From the NCBI GenBank assembly GCA_002839445.1, contig PGYB01000007.1, positions 110,558-174,557 of the forward strand: a DNA stretch of 64,000 nucleotides, written 5' to 3'. The first letter of the stretch is position 1; each line of letters opens with the position of its first letter. Shown here one piece after another: positions 8,426 through 18,962 of this stretch. This DNA comes from Candidatus Riflebacteria bacterium HGW-Riflebacteria-1 (GTDB lineage Bacteria > Muiribacteriota > Ozemobacteria > Ozemobacterales > Ozemobacteraceae). The translations under genes and the position numbers were made by a program. A model generated the notes under the pieces. The model saw only the letters and a program-made list of their open reading frames with translations, was not told the origin of the DNA and made no database searches.

Positions 8426-9877
8426 ATGGCTGCACCAGCAGATAACAGACTCCCGACCGGTGAGAGCAGTATCACAATAGTTTCGATCGCCTATTTCTTT
8501 TGTGTTATCTGTTCTTATTATGTGATCAAGCCGATTCGTGGCAGTCTGGCGCTTGAGCTTGGCTCTGAGAACATTCCGATTCTCAATATTTTTTCGATGA
8601 TCTCGCTGATTCTTGGCAATGCTGCTTACAGCTGGATCGTTGGCAAATACAAGCGTGACATTTTTATACCGTTTATTACCAGGTTTTTTGTGCTCTGCCT
8701 GATTGGGTTCTGGGTCATTTTTACTTTTGTAATTCCCCTAGGTGGTGAAACAGCGCCTTCTTCCGCGTTATCTTCGGCGGCAATCACAGCTGTGGCGCCA
8801 ATTGCTGAGGCGCACGAGCCGGCTTACGCAGGCGTTCCCACTGTTGAGACGTCGGCAGTTCAACCCAGGCCAGCGCTTGCAGCAGTTAAAGTATTATTGA
8901 TCAGCACCTATTATCTTTGGGTGAACTTTTTCGCTCTGATGGCGGTCAGCATGTTCTGGTCGTTCATGAACGATGTATTCTCCGTTGAGCAGGGCCGCCG
9001 CCTCTACGCGATTATCGGTTACGGCGGTCTGGTTGGCGGGCTGGCCGGCAGCGCGCTGACATCGCTGCTGGTTCGGCATATCGGCACATCAAATCTTTTC
9101 ATTGTCGCGATAATTCTGCTTTACCCTTCGATATGGTGTATGAAGTTCATTCACAAGAACCACTACCGCCCCGAAGGAGTTGTCGATGAAGACAACAAGC
9201 CGGTCGTGCCGGCACACCCGCCGCGGCCATGGGACGGCTTTCTGTCAGTCTGTAAAAACCCGATTCTCATCTGTATGGCACTTGAAATGTTTTTGTATAC
9301 GTTTTCGAGCACCATGTTTTTTCAGCAGCTCAATCGCCTGATCGAAAGCGAAATCGGCAGTGATGTTAACCGAAAAACCCAGTTTATTGCCGGCATCTAT
9401 GGGCGCATTAACATTGTCTCGCTGTTTGCCCAGTTTTTTGTAACCCGCCTGATCATGATGCTCGCCAACCCAATTTACGGGCTGCTGCTGCTTAACCTGA
9501 TTCAGATCGCTGGCACTTTCCTGACCATGTTTAATCCAAGTCTTACCGTGGTTTCCTGGATCATGATCATCAGATATGCTCTCAATTATTCGACGGGAAG
9601 GGCGCTGCGCGAGCTGGTCTATATTCCGCTTGACCGTGAAGCAAAGTATCAGGGTAAAGGATTCGTTGACACCGTTGTATTCAGGGCTGGTGACGGACTA
9701 TCTTCGATTATTCTGATCGGCGGCCTCGGGTTCTATTCTTATGGCACCTGGATCGACTATTCAATTCAGGTGGCAATGCTGATACAGTTTTATGTTATAA
9801 TCAAAACCGCCGGCTTGTATGGTCAGCGTCTCAAACCTGCTGACGCATCAGACACTGCTCCGGTGCCGGCCTCTTAA
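8426..9877 (+). CDS. Npt/TLC-like (ATP:ADP antiporter family) MFS nucleotide transporter
   Basis: YYVIKPIR, FWSFMNDVF..EQGRRLY and RELVYIPL..EAKYQGKGFVDTVVFRAGD motifs. Confidence 0.8.
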   Translation: MAAPADNRLPTGESSITIVSIAYFFCVICSYYVIKPIRGSLALELGSENIPILNIFSMISLILGNAAYSWIVGKYKRDIFIPFITRFFVLCLIGFWVIFTFVIPLGGETAPSSALSSAAITAVAPIAEAHEPAYAGVPTVETSAVQPRPALAAVKVLLISTYYLWVNFFALMAVSMFWSFMNDVFSVEQGRRLYAIIGYGGLVGGLAGSALTSLLVRHIGTSNLFIVAIILLYPSIWCMKFIHKNHYRPEGVVDEDNKPVVPAHPPRPWDGFLSVCKNPILICMALEMFLYTFSSTMFFQQLNRLIESEIGSDVNRKTQFIAGIYGRINIVSLFAQFFVTRLIMMLANPIYGLLLLNLIQIAGTFLTMFNPSLTVVSWIMIIRYALNYSTGRALRELVYIPLDREAKYQGKGFVDTVVFRAGDGLSSIILIGGLGFYSYGTWIDYSIQVAMLIQFYVIIKTAGLYGQRLKPADASDTAPVPAS

Positions 9878-9906
9878 GCCAATATTTACACTTTCTGGAG
9901 GAATAA

Positions 9907-10818
9907 ATGAGCGTTAAGATGATCGTGGTGGGCTCGGTTGCCTATGATTCCCTGCAGACCCCCAAAGGAAGACGCGAACGGGCTCTCGGCGGCTCGGCAG
10001 TGTATTTTTCTACTGTTGCCAGCTATTTTACCAATGTTGGCCTGGTCGGCGTTGCCGGCAAGGACTTTGAAACTGCCCACGTTGAATTCCTTAAAAAGCA
10101 CGGTGTCGATTTGTCCGGCTTTGATATCAAAAATGAAGGCGAAACCTTTCACTGGGCCGGAAGCTATGGTGAAGACTTTGGCGATGCTACCACGCACGAC
10201 ACCCGCCTCAACGTATTTGAGTCGTTTGATCCACATCTGCCAGAAGAATACCGGAATGCTGAACTGGTGTTTCTTGGCAACATTCACCCGGCCCTGCAGT
10301 TGAAAGTCATCGAAAAGGTTAATAAACCCAAAATTATCGCGCTCGATACCATGAATCTCTGGATCAATACCAGCAGAGATCTGCTTAAACAGGCTATTGC
10401 CAAAGTAGATATTCTGTTCATCAACTTTCAGGAAGCGTTGATGCTGGCCGAAGAGAAAAAATTCGCGCCGGCTGTTCATAAGCTTCTGACAATGGGCCCC
10501 AGTCGCATTATCGTTAAAATGGGTGAACTTGGTGCCATGACGGCTACCAATGATGCTCGCTTCTTCGTACCAGCTTATCCGTGTCTTGATATCACAGATC
10601 CTACCGGTGCTGGCGATTCTTTCGGCGGTGGCTTTATGGGAAGTCTGGCCCGACACGGCGATTACAGCGAAATGGGCTTTCGCCGCAGCATGCTCTATGG
10701 CAGCGCCATGGGCTCGATTACTGTCGAAAATTTCAGCCTCGATTCATACCATGATCTCAAGATGGAAATGATCGAAGAACGCTATCAGGCGCTGAAAAAG
10801 ATGGCGACAGTCGAATAA
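9907..10818 (+). CDS. PfkB family carbohydrate/nucleoside kinase
   Basis: VVGSVAYD, LGGSA and DPTGAGDSFGGG signature. Confidence 0.9.
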   Translation: MSVKMIVVGSVAYDSLQTPKGRRERALGGSAVYFSTVASYFTNVGLVGVAGKDFETAHVEFLKKHGVDLSGFDIKNEGETFHWAGSYGEDFGDATTHDTRLNVFESFDPHLPEEYRNAELVFLGNIHPALQLKVIEKVNKPKIIALDTMNLWINTSRDLLKQAIAKVDILFINFQEALMLAEEKKFAPAVHKLLTMGPSRIIVKMGELGAMTATNDARFFVPAYPCLDITDPTGAGDSFGGGFMGSLARHGDYSEMGFRRSMLYGSAMGSITVENFSLDSYHDLKMEMIEERYQALKKMATVE

Positions 10819-10847
10819 TCTCGTAACGCTGATATCTGTCTAAAATG

Positions 10848-10935
10848 CGTAGGGGTTCAACATTCGGTGGCTCTTATGGCCTTTGGCTATTAGAGCCACC
10901 GATCCCGCAGTGCTCACCGGGGCTGAACCCCTACG
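10848..10935. repeat. GTAG-type REP/REPIN-like palindromic element
   Basis: 12-bp perfect inverted repeat CGTAGGGGTTCA/TGAACCCCTACG enclosing an 11-bp IR TCGGTGGCTCT/AGAGCCACCGA, between convergent genes. Confidence 0.7.
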
Positions 10936-10953
10936 GTTATTAATAACGGGTTT

Positions 10954-11766
10954 TTAGAAGAAATAGGCCTCGTCTGGCTTCTGATGGCATCGACATTTAT
11001 CGGTACGTGCGACCGGGATTTCCTTAACCATGCGCATCAGAATCTTGTGCAGCGTGCCGATGCTGTGCTGAAACATCTTAACCACTTCTTTCGTGGTAAC
11101 TTCCGGCACATCGCCGACCAGTCCGGCATCGTAGTCGGTGATCATCGCAACATTGACGATGCAGATGCCGAGTTCCTGCGCCAGCACGACTTCCGGATAC
11201 TGTGTCATGTTCACCGTGTGCCAGCCCATGCTGGTGAACCACTTGCTCTCGGCTTTGCTTGAAAAACGCGGGCCATTGATAACTACAATTGTCCCAGATT
11301 CATGCGCTTTGGCGCCTTCGGCGCGAATGGCCGCGATGGCCATCTGGCGCAGCTGCGGACAGTATGGTTCGGCCGCCGAAATATGCATTACATCAGGGCC
11401 ATCGGCGAAAGTGTCAGTGCGCCCTTTTGTGCGATCGATAAATTGATCGGTTACTACAAAATCACCGGGTTTTATGTTGGTCTGCAGTGAACCGACAGCG
11501 CATGGCGAGATGATGCGCGAAACGCCGAGTTCTTTCATCGCCCAGAGATTGGCGCGATAATTGATCTTGTGCGGAGGCAGACTGTGATTGCGGCCATGTC
11601 GGGGCAGAAAGGCCACCCGCTTGTCACCGATGGTGCAGATATCTATAACGTCGCTGGGCGCACCGTATGGTGTTGATATTTTGACTTTTTCGATCTTGTC
11701 GGCAGGCATTTCATACATTCCACTGCCGCTGAAAATGCCGATGTCGGCCTTGCTGGTATTTCTCAT
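10954..11766 (-). CDS. mtnP: S-methyl-5'-thioadenosine phosphorylase
   Basis: TPYGAPS, FLPRHG, NYRAN, GPRFSSKAES, VNMT and TDYD motifs. Confidence 0.9.
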   Translation of the reverse strand: MRNTSKADIGIFSGSGMYEMPADKIEKVKISTPYGAPSDVIDICTIGDKRVAFLPRHGRNHSLPPHKINYRANLWAMKELGVSRIISPCAVGSLQTNIKPGDFVVTDQFIDRTKGRTDTFADGPDVMHISAAEPYCPQLRQMAIAAIRAEGAKAHESGTIVVINGPRFSSKAESKWFTSMGWHTVNMTQYPEVVLAQELGICIVNVAMITDYDAGLVGDVPEVTTKEVVKMFQHSIGTLHKILMRMVKEIPVARTDKCRCHQKPDEAYFF

Positions 11767-11783
11767 ATTAACCTCTTTTCAGT

Positions 11784-11822
11784 AAAAATAAAACACAGGG
11801 ATTCGCGAGCGAACCCCTGTGT
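11784..11822 (-). terminator. Terminator-like hairpin after clpX
   Basis: ACACAGGG...CCCTGTGT stem followed by a T-rich run on the minus strand. Confidence 0.6.
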
Positions 11823-11845
11823 CAGTTACGTATTCAACGGTCAGG

Positions 11846-13093
11846 TCAGGCGATCTGACTTTCGATCTTGTAGATGATCTGGTAAGGCTCTTTCTTATCG
11901 ACGCAGCGCTCGTGAATGATCACTTTGCCGATGTTATTGTCTGATGGAATATCATACATGAGATCGAGCATCAGTTCTTCAATAATTCTGCGCAGACCAC
12001 GGGCGCCGGTGTTCTGGTCGATTGCCTTGCGGGCGATTGCCTGCAGCGCCTTTGGCGTGATTTCAAGATCGACACCTTCCATGCGCATCAGACGACTGTA
12101 TTGCTTGAGCAACGCATCTTTGGGATCAGTGAGAATCTTGACCAGGTCTTCGACCTGAAGATTGTTGAAAGTGGCCATTACCGGCACGCGACCGATAAAT
12201 TCAGGAATCAGGCCAAATCGCAACAAGTCTTCCGGCATTATGTCCTTGAGCAGTTCGCCAACCCGGCGCTCGCTTTTGACCAGCGGGGTTGAACCAAAGC
12301 CCATGGTTTTGGTGGCAGAACGTGATTCGATAAGCTTATCGACTCCCTCGAATGCTCCGCCAAGCAGGAACAGAATGTTTTTGGTGTTGATCTGGATATA
12401 GTCCTGATGCGGGTGCTTGCGACCGCCCTGCGGCGGCACATGTGCGACCTTGCCTTCAAGAAGCTTGAGAAGCGCCTGTTGAACACCTTCACCCGAAACA
12501 TCGCGGGTAATCGAAACATTTTCGCTCTTACGTGCGATTTTGTCGATTTCATCGATGTAGACGATACCGCGTTCTGCTTTCTGAACATCGTAGTCAGCGG
12601 AGCGAAGAAGATTGAGCAGAATACTTTCTACGTCTTCGCCGACGTAACCTGCTTCAGTGAGTGTTGTAGCGTCGGCAATGCAGAAAGGCACATTCAGCAG
12701 CTTGGCAAGGGTCTGAGCAATGTGGGTCTTGCCTGAACCGGTTGGGCCAATCAGCAGAACATTCGATTTCTGTACTTCGACGTCATCGCGATGAGGCAGT
12801 TGCTCTTCGAGCGAGATACGCTTGTAATGGTTATAGACCGCAACCGAAAGAATCTTTTTGGCGCGTTCCTGGCCGATAACATACTGATCCAGCGTTTTAA
12901 CGATCTCTTTTGGTTTGAGAGCGTTCTGAAACGCCAAAGGCACGTCGTCGTCAACCTCTTCAAGAATGATCTCGTTGCAAAGACCGATACATTCATCGCA
13001 AATATAGACCTCGGGCCCGGCAATCAGCTTGCGAACCTGATCCTGGCTCTTTCCGCAGAAAGAACAACGGAATTGAGGGGTCTTAGAAAGCAT
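11846..13093 (-). CDS. clpX: ATP-dependent Clp protease ATP-binding subunit ClpX
   Basis: CSFCGK zinc finger, GPTGSGKT and [14 protein letters not shown]. Confidence 0.98.
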   Translation of the reverse strand: MLSKTPQFRCSFCGKSQDQVRKLIAGPEVYICDECIGLCNEIILEEVDDDVPLAFQNALKPKEIVKTLDQYVIGQERAKKILSVAVYNHYKRISLEEQLPHRDDVEVQKSNVLLIGPTGSGKTHIAQTLAKLLNVPFCIADATTLTEAGYVGEDVESILLNLLRSADYDVQKAERGIVYIDEIDKIARKSENVSITRDVSGEGVQQALLKLLEGKVAHVPPQGGRKHPHQDYIQINTKNILFLLGGAFEGVDKLIESRSATKTMGFGSTPLVKSERRVGELLKDIMPEDLLRFGLIPEFIGRVPVMATFNNLQVEDLVKILTDPKDALLKQYSRLMRMEGVDLEITPKALQAIARKAIDQNTGARGLRRIIEELMLDLMYDIPSDNNIGKVIIHERCVDKKEPYQIIYKIESQIA

Positions 13094-13095
13094 GC

Positions 13096-13704
13096 TTACT
13101 CCTCGTTGGATTTAGCTACGACTACTTTGCGCTGTACAACTTCATCAATCAGACCATATTCTTTGGCTTCCTTCGAAGACATGAAAAAGTCACGGTCGGT
13201 ATCACGCTTGATGCGCTTGAGCGGTTGCCCGGTGTGATGCGCCAGGATATCGTTGAGCATGTCTTTCATGCGCAGGATTTCCTGTGCCTGAATTTCGATA
13301 TCGCTGGCCTGTCCCTGGGCGCCGCCTAAGGGCTGATGAATCATGATACGCGAGTTGGGAAGGGCATACCGCTTGCCATGCGCGCCAGCCGTAAGCAGGA
13401 GCGCACCCATGCTGGCCGCCTGGCCTATGCAGATGGTGCTGACATCAGGTTTGATATACTGCATGGTGTCATAGATAGCCATTCCAGCGGTGACGACACC
13501 ACCGGGGCTGTTGATGTAGATTGAGATATCCTTTTCGGGGTCTTCTGATTCGAGGAAAAGAAGCTGAGCGACAACCACGTCAGCTAGATTATCATCAATT
13601 CCGCCGCCCAGAAAGATAATGCGATCCTTGAGAAGACGTGAATAGATGTCGAACGCACGTTCGCCTCGACTGCTTTGTTCAATTACTATTGGTACGAGAG
13701 TCAC
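13096..13704 (-). CDS. clpP: ATP-dependent Clp protease proteolytic subunit
   Basis: [23 protein letters not shown] and MIHQP. Confidence 0.98.
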   Translation of the reverse strand: MTLVPIVIEQSSRGERAFDIYSRLLKDRIIFLGGGIDDNLADVVVAQLLFLESEDPEKDISIYINSPGGVVTAGMAIYDTMQYIKPDVSTICIGQAASMGALLLTAGAHGKRYALPNSRIMIHQPLGGAQGQASDIEIQAQEILRMKDMLNDILAHHTGQPLKRIKRDTDRDFFMSSKEAKEYGLIDEVVQRKVVVAKSNEE

Positions 13705-15035
13705 GCTTCAGTTTCCCCCTTGTTGATATCAGCGTCTTTAACCATATCGTAATTAATCTGGTTATTTTTGAGCAAAAAATCGCGAATTTTTTGGCTGCGC
13801 AGCGAAAATCGTACGTTTTCTTCGCCATCATTCTCTGAAAGCGTGCTTAACAGCTTCTCTACCGTCATGTTGTATTCTTTGGCGCGCTTCTCAATTTCTT
13901 CTCGATAGTCAGCATCGGTTACTTCAATATTTTCGCGATCGCCAATGGCGTCAACGAGAAGCATGGTTTTTGTCTGGCGAACAGCACGTTCTCTGAAGGT
14001 TTCCCTGAATTCATTAACATCTTTGCCTGAGTTGCGCAGATAGTCTTGAATTGTTGTACCAAACTGGCGCCAGCGCCGATCAAGGCCTTCGATGAAAAAG
14101 TCGACAGTGCTCTGAACCATTGATTCAGGAACTTCGAACTTGTAGCTCGCGATAATCTGATCCAGAATTCCTTCAAAAGCACGCTCTTCTGCGTCATACT
14201 TCGCGCGTTCTTCGAGGTCTTCCCTGATTTTGGTCTTGAGGGCTTCAAGGTTTTCAAATTCACCCAGTTGCTTGGCAAATTCATCGTTGAGCTCAGGAAG
14301 AGTAGGCCTTGATACCCGATTAAGAGTTACCTTGTAATCAAGGGTCTTGCCGTAATACTTTGAATTTTTCTCTTCGTCGCCATCGACGTTAATCTGATAG
14401 GTGCGGGTGTCGCCAACCTTCATGCCCAGACAGGGATTGAAGAGCTTGTCGTTTTCGCTCATTTTGTGCGCGGCTTTTTCGTCTGACAGTTCACTGTCAA
14501 CTTCGCCCTGGTGCGAAACTTCGATGTTCGCAGAAAAGTAGTCGCCGATTTCAAGGCTGGCGCCTTCTACCGGTTCGGTCTTGCTGTGCTGATCGCGAAC
14601 CTGGTTGAGAACTTTACTGAGACTGTCTTCATCGACGATTTCGCGCTGCACCTGTGAAGTGTAGCTCTTGTAATTGAATTCACCGAGTTTTGGTCTTACT
14701 TCAAATACGGCTTTAAAAATAAAGGGCTGGCCTTCTGCCAGACTTGATTCTTCAAGTTCGAAGCGGCTTACCGGGTGCAGTTTGGTTTCTCTGATTGCCT
14801 GTGGATAAACTTCCTGAACCAGTTCTTCTTCAATCTGTTCTTTGACTGAGTCGGGACCGATAAATTTAACCAGAACAGCCTTAGGGACTTTGCCCTGTCT
14901 GAAGCCGGGTATTTTAACCGAGCGTGCGGCGCGTGAATAAAAACTGGCATAGGCAGCGTTTACTTTTTCGGCCTCAACTTCGACGGTGAGGGCGACTCTG
15001 TTGGCTTCCAGTTCCTGGACCTGTGTCTTCAACAT
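13701..15035 (-). CDS. tig: Trigger factor
   Basis: [10 protein letters not shown] ribosome-binding motif, [10 protein letters not shown]; tig-clpP-clpX synteny. Confidence 0.95.
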   Translation of the reverse strand: MLKTQVQELEANRVALTVEVEAEKVNAAYASFYSRAARSVKIPGFRQGKVPKAVLVKFIGPDSVKEQIEEELVQEVYPQAIRETKLHPVSRFELEESSLAEGQPFIFKAVFEVRPKLGEFNYKSYTSQVQREIVDEDSLSKVLNQVRDQHSKTEPVEGASLEIGDYFSANIEVSHQGEVDSELSDEKAAHKMSENDKLFNPCLGMKVGDTRTYQINVDGDEEKNSKYYGKTLDYKVTLNRVSRPTLPELNDEFAKQLGEFENLEALKTKIREDLEERAKYDAEERAFEGILDQIIASYKFEVPESMVQSTVDFFIEGLDRRWRQFGTTIQDYLRNSGKDVNEFRETFRERAVRQTKTMLLVDAIGDRENIEVTDADYREEIEKRAKEYNMTVEKLLSTLSENDGEENVRFSLRSQKIRDFLLKNNQINYDMVKDADINKGETEA

Positions 15036-15191
15036 AATGCAATAACTCCTTGGGGAGAGAATTTCTGATTTGCACAACATTAAATCTGAATGAAGAGTGA
15101 TTTATGCCAATACAAAACACCATGTCTGGCTAGCATGGATGCATCATTATAAACGAGATGAGAACAAATGTAAAGGGCAGTTCAACCAGTG

Positions 15192-15225
15192 AAAAAGCCC
15201 CCGGCAGGTCGACCTGCCGGGGGCT
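15192..15225 (-). terminator. Intrinsic terminator of the pilin operon
   Basis: 13-bp perfect stem AGCCCCCGGCAGG/CCTGCCGGGGGCT followed by a T-run on the minus strand. Confidence 0.8.
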
Positions 15226-15244
15226 CAAAATGAAGTCACAAGCC

Positions 15245-17830
15245 TTAATCGATGCGTTTGCGTCTTTCTTCGAGAGTGCGGATGTCGAGTTTTTTGCCGA
15301 GAACCGCAATATTGAGCTTAAAATTGCGGGAATTGTTTGAATGGTCGGTGGCGTTGACTTCAAGATAGTATTCCGGACTGACGGCGCCGTCGTTATCAAC
15401 ATTTTCAAATCTGAAAACGTGTTCGATCGGCTTGAGCATGTTCGCGGGTGACGGCGGATCGGCGATTACAACCGCACCGTTCTTTTCTACCAGATTGCAG
15501 CTGAGCGCAGAGATGCCGAACTGTTTTGCAGCCAGATAGCCATTGATATTGTCGACAGCCCTGATGTAGAACACAAGGCGGTTGTTCTGCTGGCAGACAA
15601 AGCCGGTCTGGCTGTCGTCTGCTATTGTCGAGACCGCATTCGGTCCTACCAGATACTTGTCAAACAGTCCGTTAATATCAGAAAGGTCTGTGAACTGGTG
15701 CGCGCCTGAAATATTGCTTTCTTTGCCGAGATATGGCATATCACCGGTTGAATAATCTTCGACCAGGCCCTCGCCACCAAATTCAGAGAAGCCGGCTGCC
15801 ACGTTCTGTTTTGTTCCAAACATGTGATAACGGTTGGTTCTGGTGTCGAAGACCACGACTTGAATCTCGGGGCCAGTCTCATCTTTGGCCTTGAGAAATT
15901 CAACGTTGCTCCAGCCTGAGTCGTCAACTTGGCCACTGCTGATCTGCCCCTGCGTGTCTCCTGCCGGAATAGGTGCGCCATCGTGGCAGGCTGCCGGATC
16001 TGCTCCGGACTCTGGTTTTGCCGTGTCGCTGAGCAGGTGGGTGCCTATGCTTGTTTTGACTGCATCGTGCTCAGCAATCTTCATGCCGGCAGAGTCTGCA
16101 CTGATTGCAAAAACCTTGAATTTCGGCTCAGGGACGCTTTTGCCGCCACCTTCGTTGCATTCGTGCCAGGGCCTTGGCTGATTGATATTGAGCTTGCCGG
16201 TTATGGTGGTCACCGCACCGGCCTTTCTGCCTGTTCCACCGGTAAGAGGCTGGGAAGAACCTATTGCCAGGTTAGAAACATCTGCTTTTTTCCAGGCCCA
16301 CTTTGCTTCGTGCTTGAAGCCTTTAAACTTTGGCTCGTTAGAAGACAGATCTTCAAGATCGACTAAGCCGTAACCCTCTGTTTTCAACCGGTTCATGTCG
16401 AGTCCTGCGGCAGCTGAATATTGATAGTGCGGGTATGAATAATAAACCTGCAGATCGAGATTTTCTATACTTTGCTTAAGGGTGACACCGCTTATGGTGG
16501 TGTTGAAAATTTTGTTAAAATATGGATTGGTATCGAGCACTTTCAAGGTGAAATCGAAAGGTGTCGGCCCCGTTGGCAGGAAATTCCTGTTGGCCGAAGT
16601 GATTTTAAAATCAGCGGCGATCGGCGATTTATCATCGTAAACGATAAAATCAGTAGAGCCGGCTTCTGCAGCCGATTTCACGAGCGTGAGCTGTAGTTCT
16701 TCGCTGCACATGTAAGTGGCTGGTGAAGCTTCCCAGTAGTCCCGCATTTCAGAACGTTCCGGAACAATTATAGTGCCGCTGGCGTCACGCTGTTCTTCCT
16801 GAGTGACTACGCGCCCTGATTTTTTGTTATATACGGTTTCTTTCCAGGCCCAGTAAATATTACTGATTTCAAAGCCTGCGCCGGGAGACCAGACTTTGAG
16901 GCGGATTTTTGACTGCTCCTTGTCGCCATTAAAGCTGGGAGTGTTAAAAGTGACGTTGAAGTTAGGTCCCGGGGTACCGTTTGAACCGTCTGCGCTCCAG
17001 ACAATCTGCGGATTCGACTCCACTTCGATTTCGGCACCTGGATTGCCGGTGCGCACAAAAGCCTTGTAGTCTTCAGGTCTGATCCGCGAGATTTCCATGT
17101 CTATATCTTCCATTAGAAGGCCTTCTGCTCTAATCCTTACTGCCTTGGTGGCAGATAGCGGGAAGACGGTTGTGGTGGGCGGGTTCGGTCGAACAGTGCT
17201 TAAGGGAATGACAAAGGTATTCCAGGAGCTGCTCGGAAAATTGTCGTCGATTGCTCCGGTCACTGGAGTATCACTCATTGCTGCAACATCTGCCCAACCC
17301 GGAGCAGGGTATTCGGTAGATTGGCCACCAAGGGTGGTAATTCGCCCCTGGTTTCCTGGTTTGACAAAGCCGGAGAGAAGCGCATATGGGCCAGTTAATG
17401 ACGGCAGAAATCCATTGCCGAGCGAAACACCCATTTGTCGCGAGAATGCTTCCTGAACACTTCCTCGATTACCGCTTACCGCAAAAAAGTCAGCCATGGA
17501 CTGGATTGGAAAGTAACCATACCCGTTGGGCTTGTCGGTGCCGGCCTCAAAAGGTATTCTTGCCTTTGTGCACCAGTCGTATTTGTCGCCTTGCAGGCCA
17601 CCGCCAGTGTTGTGAGCCGCCGGATCCCAGACGACTTTGAAGGAGGCGCTGGTGCCCTGCGGAACAAGGTAAAAGAACTTGTTTCCCTCTGTTACCAGTT
17701 TCATGCCGTTCGCCTCTGCGTTGATCGGCACTATCGCAGCGCAAGGCTCGGCCGGAAGACTGCAGGCAAAAACGCCTGGCAAAGTCAACACAAAGGCCAG
17801 GATCAGGGCATAACAAGATTTTGCAGACAT
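15245..17830 (-). CDS. Large secreted beta-rich protein (861 aa), last gene of the minor-pilin operon
   Basis: Signal peptide/possible lipobox VFAC, RBS GAGGAGG; no family recognised. Confidence 0.7.
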   Translation of the reverse strand: MSAKSCYALILAFVLTLPGVFACSLPAEPCAAIVPINAEANGMKLVTEGNKFFYLVPQGTSASFKVVWDPAAHNTGGGLQGDKYDWCTKARIPFEAGTDKPNGYGYFPIQSMADFFAVSGNRGSVQEAFSRQMGVSLGNGFLPSLTGPYALLSGFVKPGNQGRITTLGGQSTEYPAPGWADVAAMSDTPVTGAIDDNFPSSSWNTFVIPLSTVRPNPPTTTVFPLSATKAVRIRAEGLLMEDIDMEISRIRPEDYKAFVRTGNPGAEIEVESNPQIVWSADGSNGTPGPNFNVTFNTPSFNGDKEQSKIRLKVWSPGAGFEISNIYWAWKETVYNKKSGRVVTQEEQRDASGTIIVPERSEMRDYWEASPATYMCSEELQLTLVKSAAEAGSTDFIVYDDKSPIAADFKITSANRNFLPTGPTPFDFTLKVLDTNPYFNKIFNTTISGVTLKQSIENLDLQVYYSYPHYQYSAAAGLDMNRLKTEGYGLVDLEDLSSNEPKFKGFKHEAKWAWKKADVSNLAIGSSQPLTGGTGRKAGAVTTITGKLNINQPRPWHECNEGGGKSVPEPKFKVFAISADSAGMKIAEHDAVKTSIGTHLLSDTAKPESGADPAACHDGAPIPAGDTQGQISSGQVDDSGWSNVEFLKAKDETGPEIQVVVFDTRTNRYHMFGTKQNVAAGFSEFGGEGLVEDYSTGDMPYLGKESNISGAHQFTDLSDINGLFDKYLVGPNAVSTIADDSQTGFVCQQNNRLVFYIRAVDNINGYLAAKQFGISALSCNLVEKNGAVVIADPPSPANMLKPIEHVFRFENVDNDGAVSPEYYLEVNATDHSNNSRNFKLNIAVLGKKLDIRTLEERRKRID

Positions 17831-17848
17831 GGGTTCCTCCTCAAAGGA

Positions 17849-18412
17849 CTAATTTTCTCTGGTCAGTTTTACCGTCTTGATCATTTCTTCCTTGCGAACG
17901 CCCATTTCACCACGTGGTAGATTGGCTTCTCCTAACGCAGTTATCTGTGAAGAAATTATAAGCTGGCGCTCGCCAGGATTGGTGTAAGCGCTGATAACCT
18001 TGAAGTCAGTGGTCGCGAACTTCCAGTTGGCTGCCGTGATCCCTGGCACTTTCCACGGAAAACGGTCAGAGTTACAGTCAGAATAAAAATCAATCAGACC
18101 CTGCCGGTTGGCGCCGGCTACAGGGGCAAGCTCGCTGCCGGCAATAATTCCGCGGAACGGGCAGTAGCCCAGCGACAGAACGCCCGCGTCACACGCTTCC
18201 TGTGGGAAGGCACTGAGCTTGAGCAGCATCATCTGAACAGCCGACTGTGCCAGAAAGTTGGCCTGCAGAAAATGAACGTTAGTAAGGTTCTGCTGTTTCG
18301 ATTCCTTGCGAAAAAAGACCAGCGAAGCAGTAAAAACCATGACGCAGATCGAGAAGACCAGCACCAGGGGAAGAGCAATGCCACTTCTTGAGCCGGAATT
18401 ATTCTTTGTCAA
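17849..18412 (-). CDS. PilX/GspK-like minor pilin
   Basis: SG|IALPLVLV prepilin-like site without Glu5; QANFLAQSAV motif. Confidence 0.7.
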   Translation of the reverse strand: MTKNNSGSRSGIALPLVLVFSICVMVFTASLVFFRKESKQQNLTNVHFLQANFLAQSAVQMMLLKLSAFPQEACDAGVLSLGYCPFRGIIAGSELAPVAGANRQGLIDFYSDCNSDRFPWKVPGITAANWKFATTDFKVISAYTNPGERQLIISSQITALGEANLPRGEMGVRKEEMIKTVKLTREN

Positions 18413-18962
18413 CGAAAGCCCTCCTTGCCAGGAGTTCGAACTGATTCACATCGTTGTATTCACCGGTTGCTACACGCCATCTGATGACCAGTCTGATATC
18501 TGCCAGGCGGCATTCTCCTGCTGTATCCGGGTATACTTCAGCTATTGTCATGGTATCGGGGGTGTTAAGAGTGCCGCCCGGGTTTGATTCGACCCCTGAT
18601 GAGCAGGTCTGCGGGTCATGAAAGATGAATTTTGGTATGGCAAATGCCAGTTCGTTGCTGGTAAATGGATATACCGTATATTCGCCGGAAAACTTGTTGC
18701 CCTTTATGTCGTAATCCGCGCCAAAAGACCATTCATGCACAGCACCAGCACCTAAAAGAAGATTCTCCCTGGTAATAACATACATCAGCCGATTCATTTC
18801 TTCTTTGGCCAGATTAGCTGCTATGCCCTCGGCATCCTGCTCGCGAGTGCCGCGATTGCTATACTGCAGCAGACCAAAAATAGGTACTATGACAAAAGCC
18901 AGAATGCCGACCGCTATCATCAGTTCGGCCAGCGTGACACCAGCATTCTGTCTGATAATCAT
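18399..18962 (-). CDS. PilV-like minor pilin
   Basis: AG|VTLAELMIAVGIL prepilin cleavage/methylation motif. Confidence 0.75.
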   Translation of the reverse strand: MIIRQNAGVTLAELMIAVGILAFVIVPIFGLLQYSNRGTREQDAEGIAANLAKEEMNRLMYVITRENLLLGAGAVHEWSFGADYDIKGNKFSGEYTVYPFTSNELAFAIPKFIFHDPQTCSSGVESNPGGTLNTPDTMTIAEVYPDTAGECRLADIRLVIRWRVATGEYNDVNQFELLARRAFVDKE

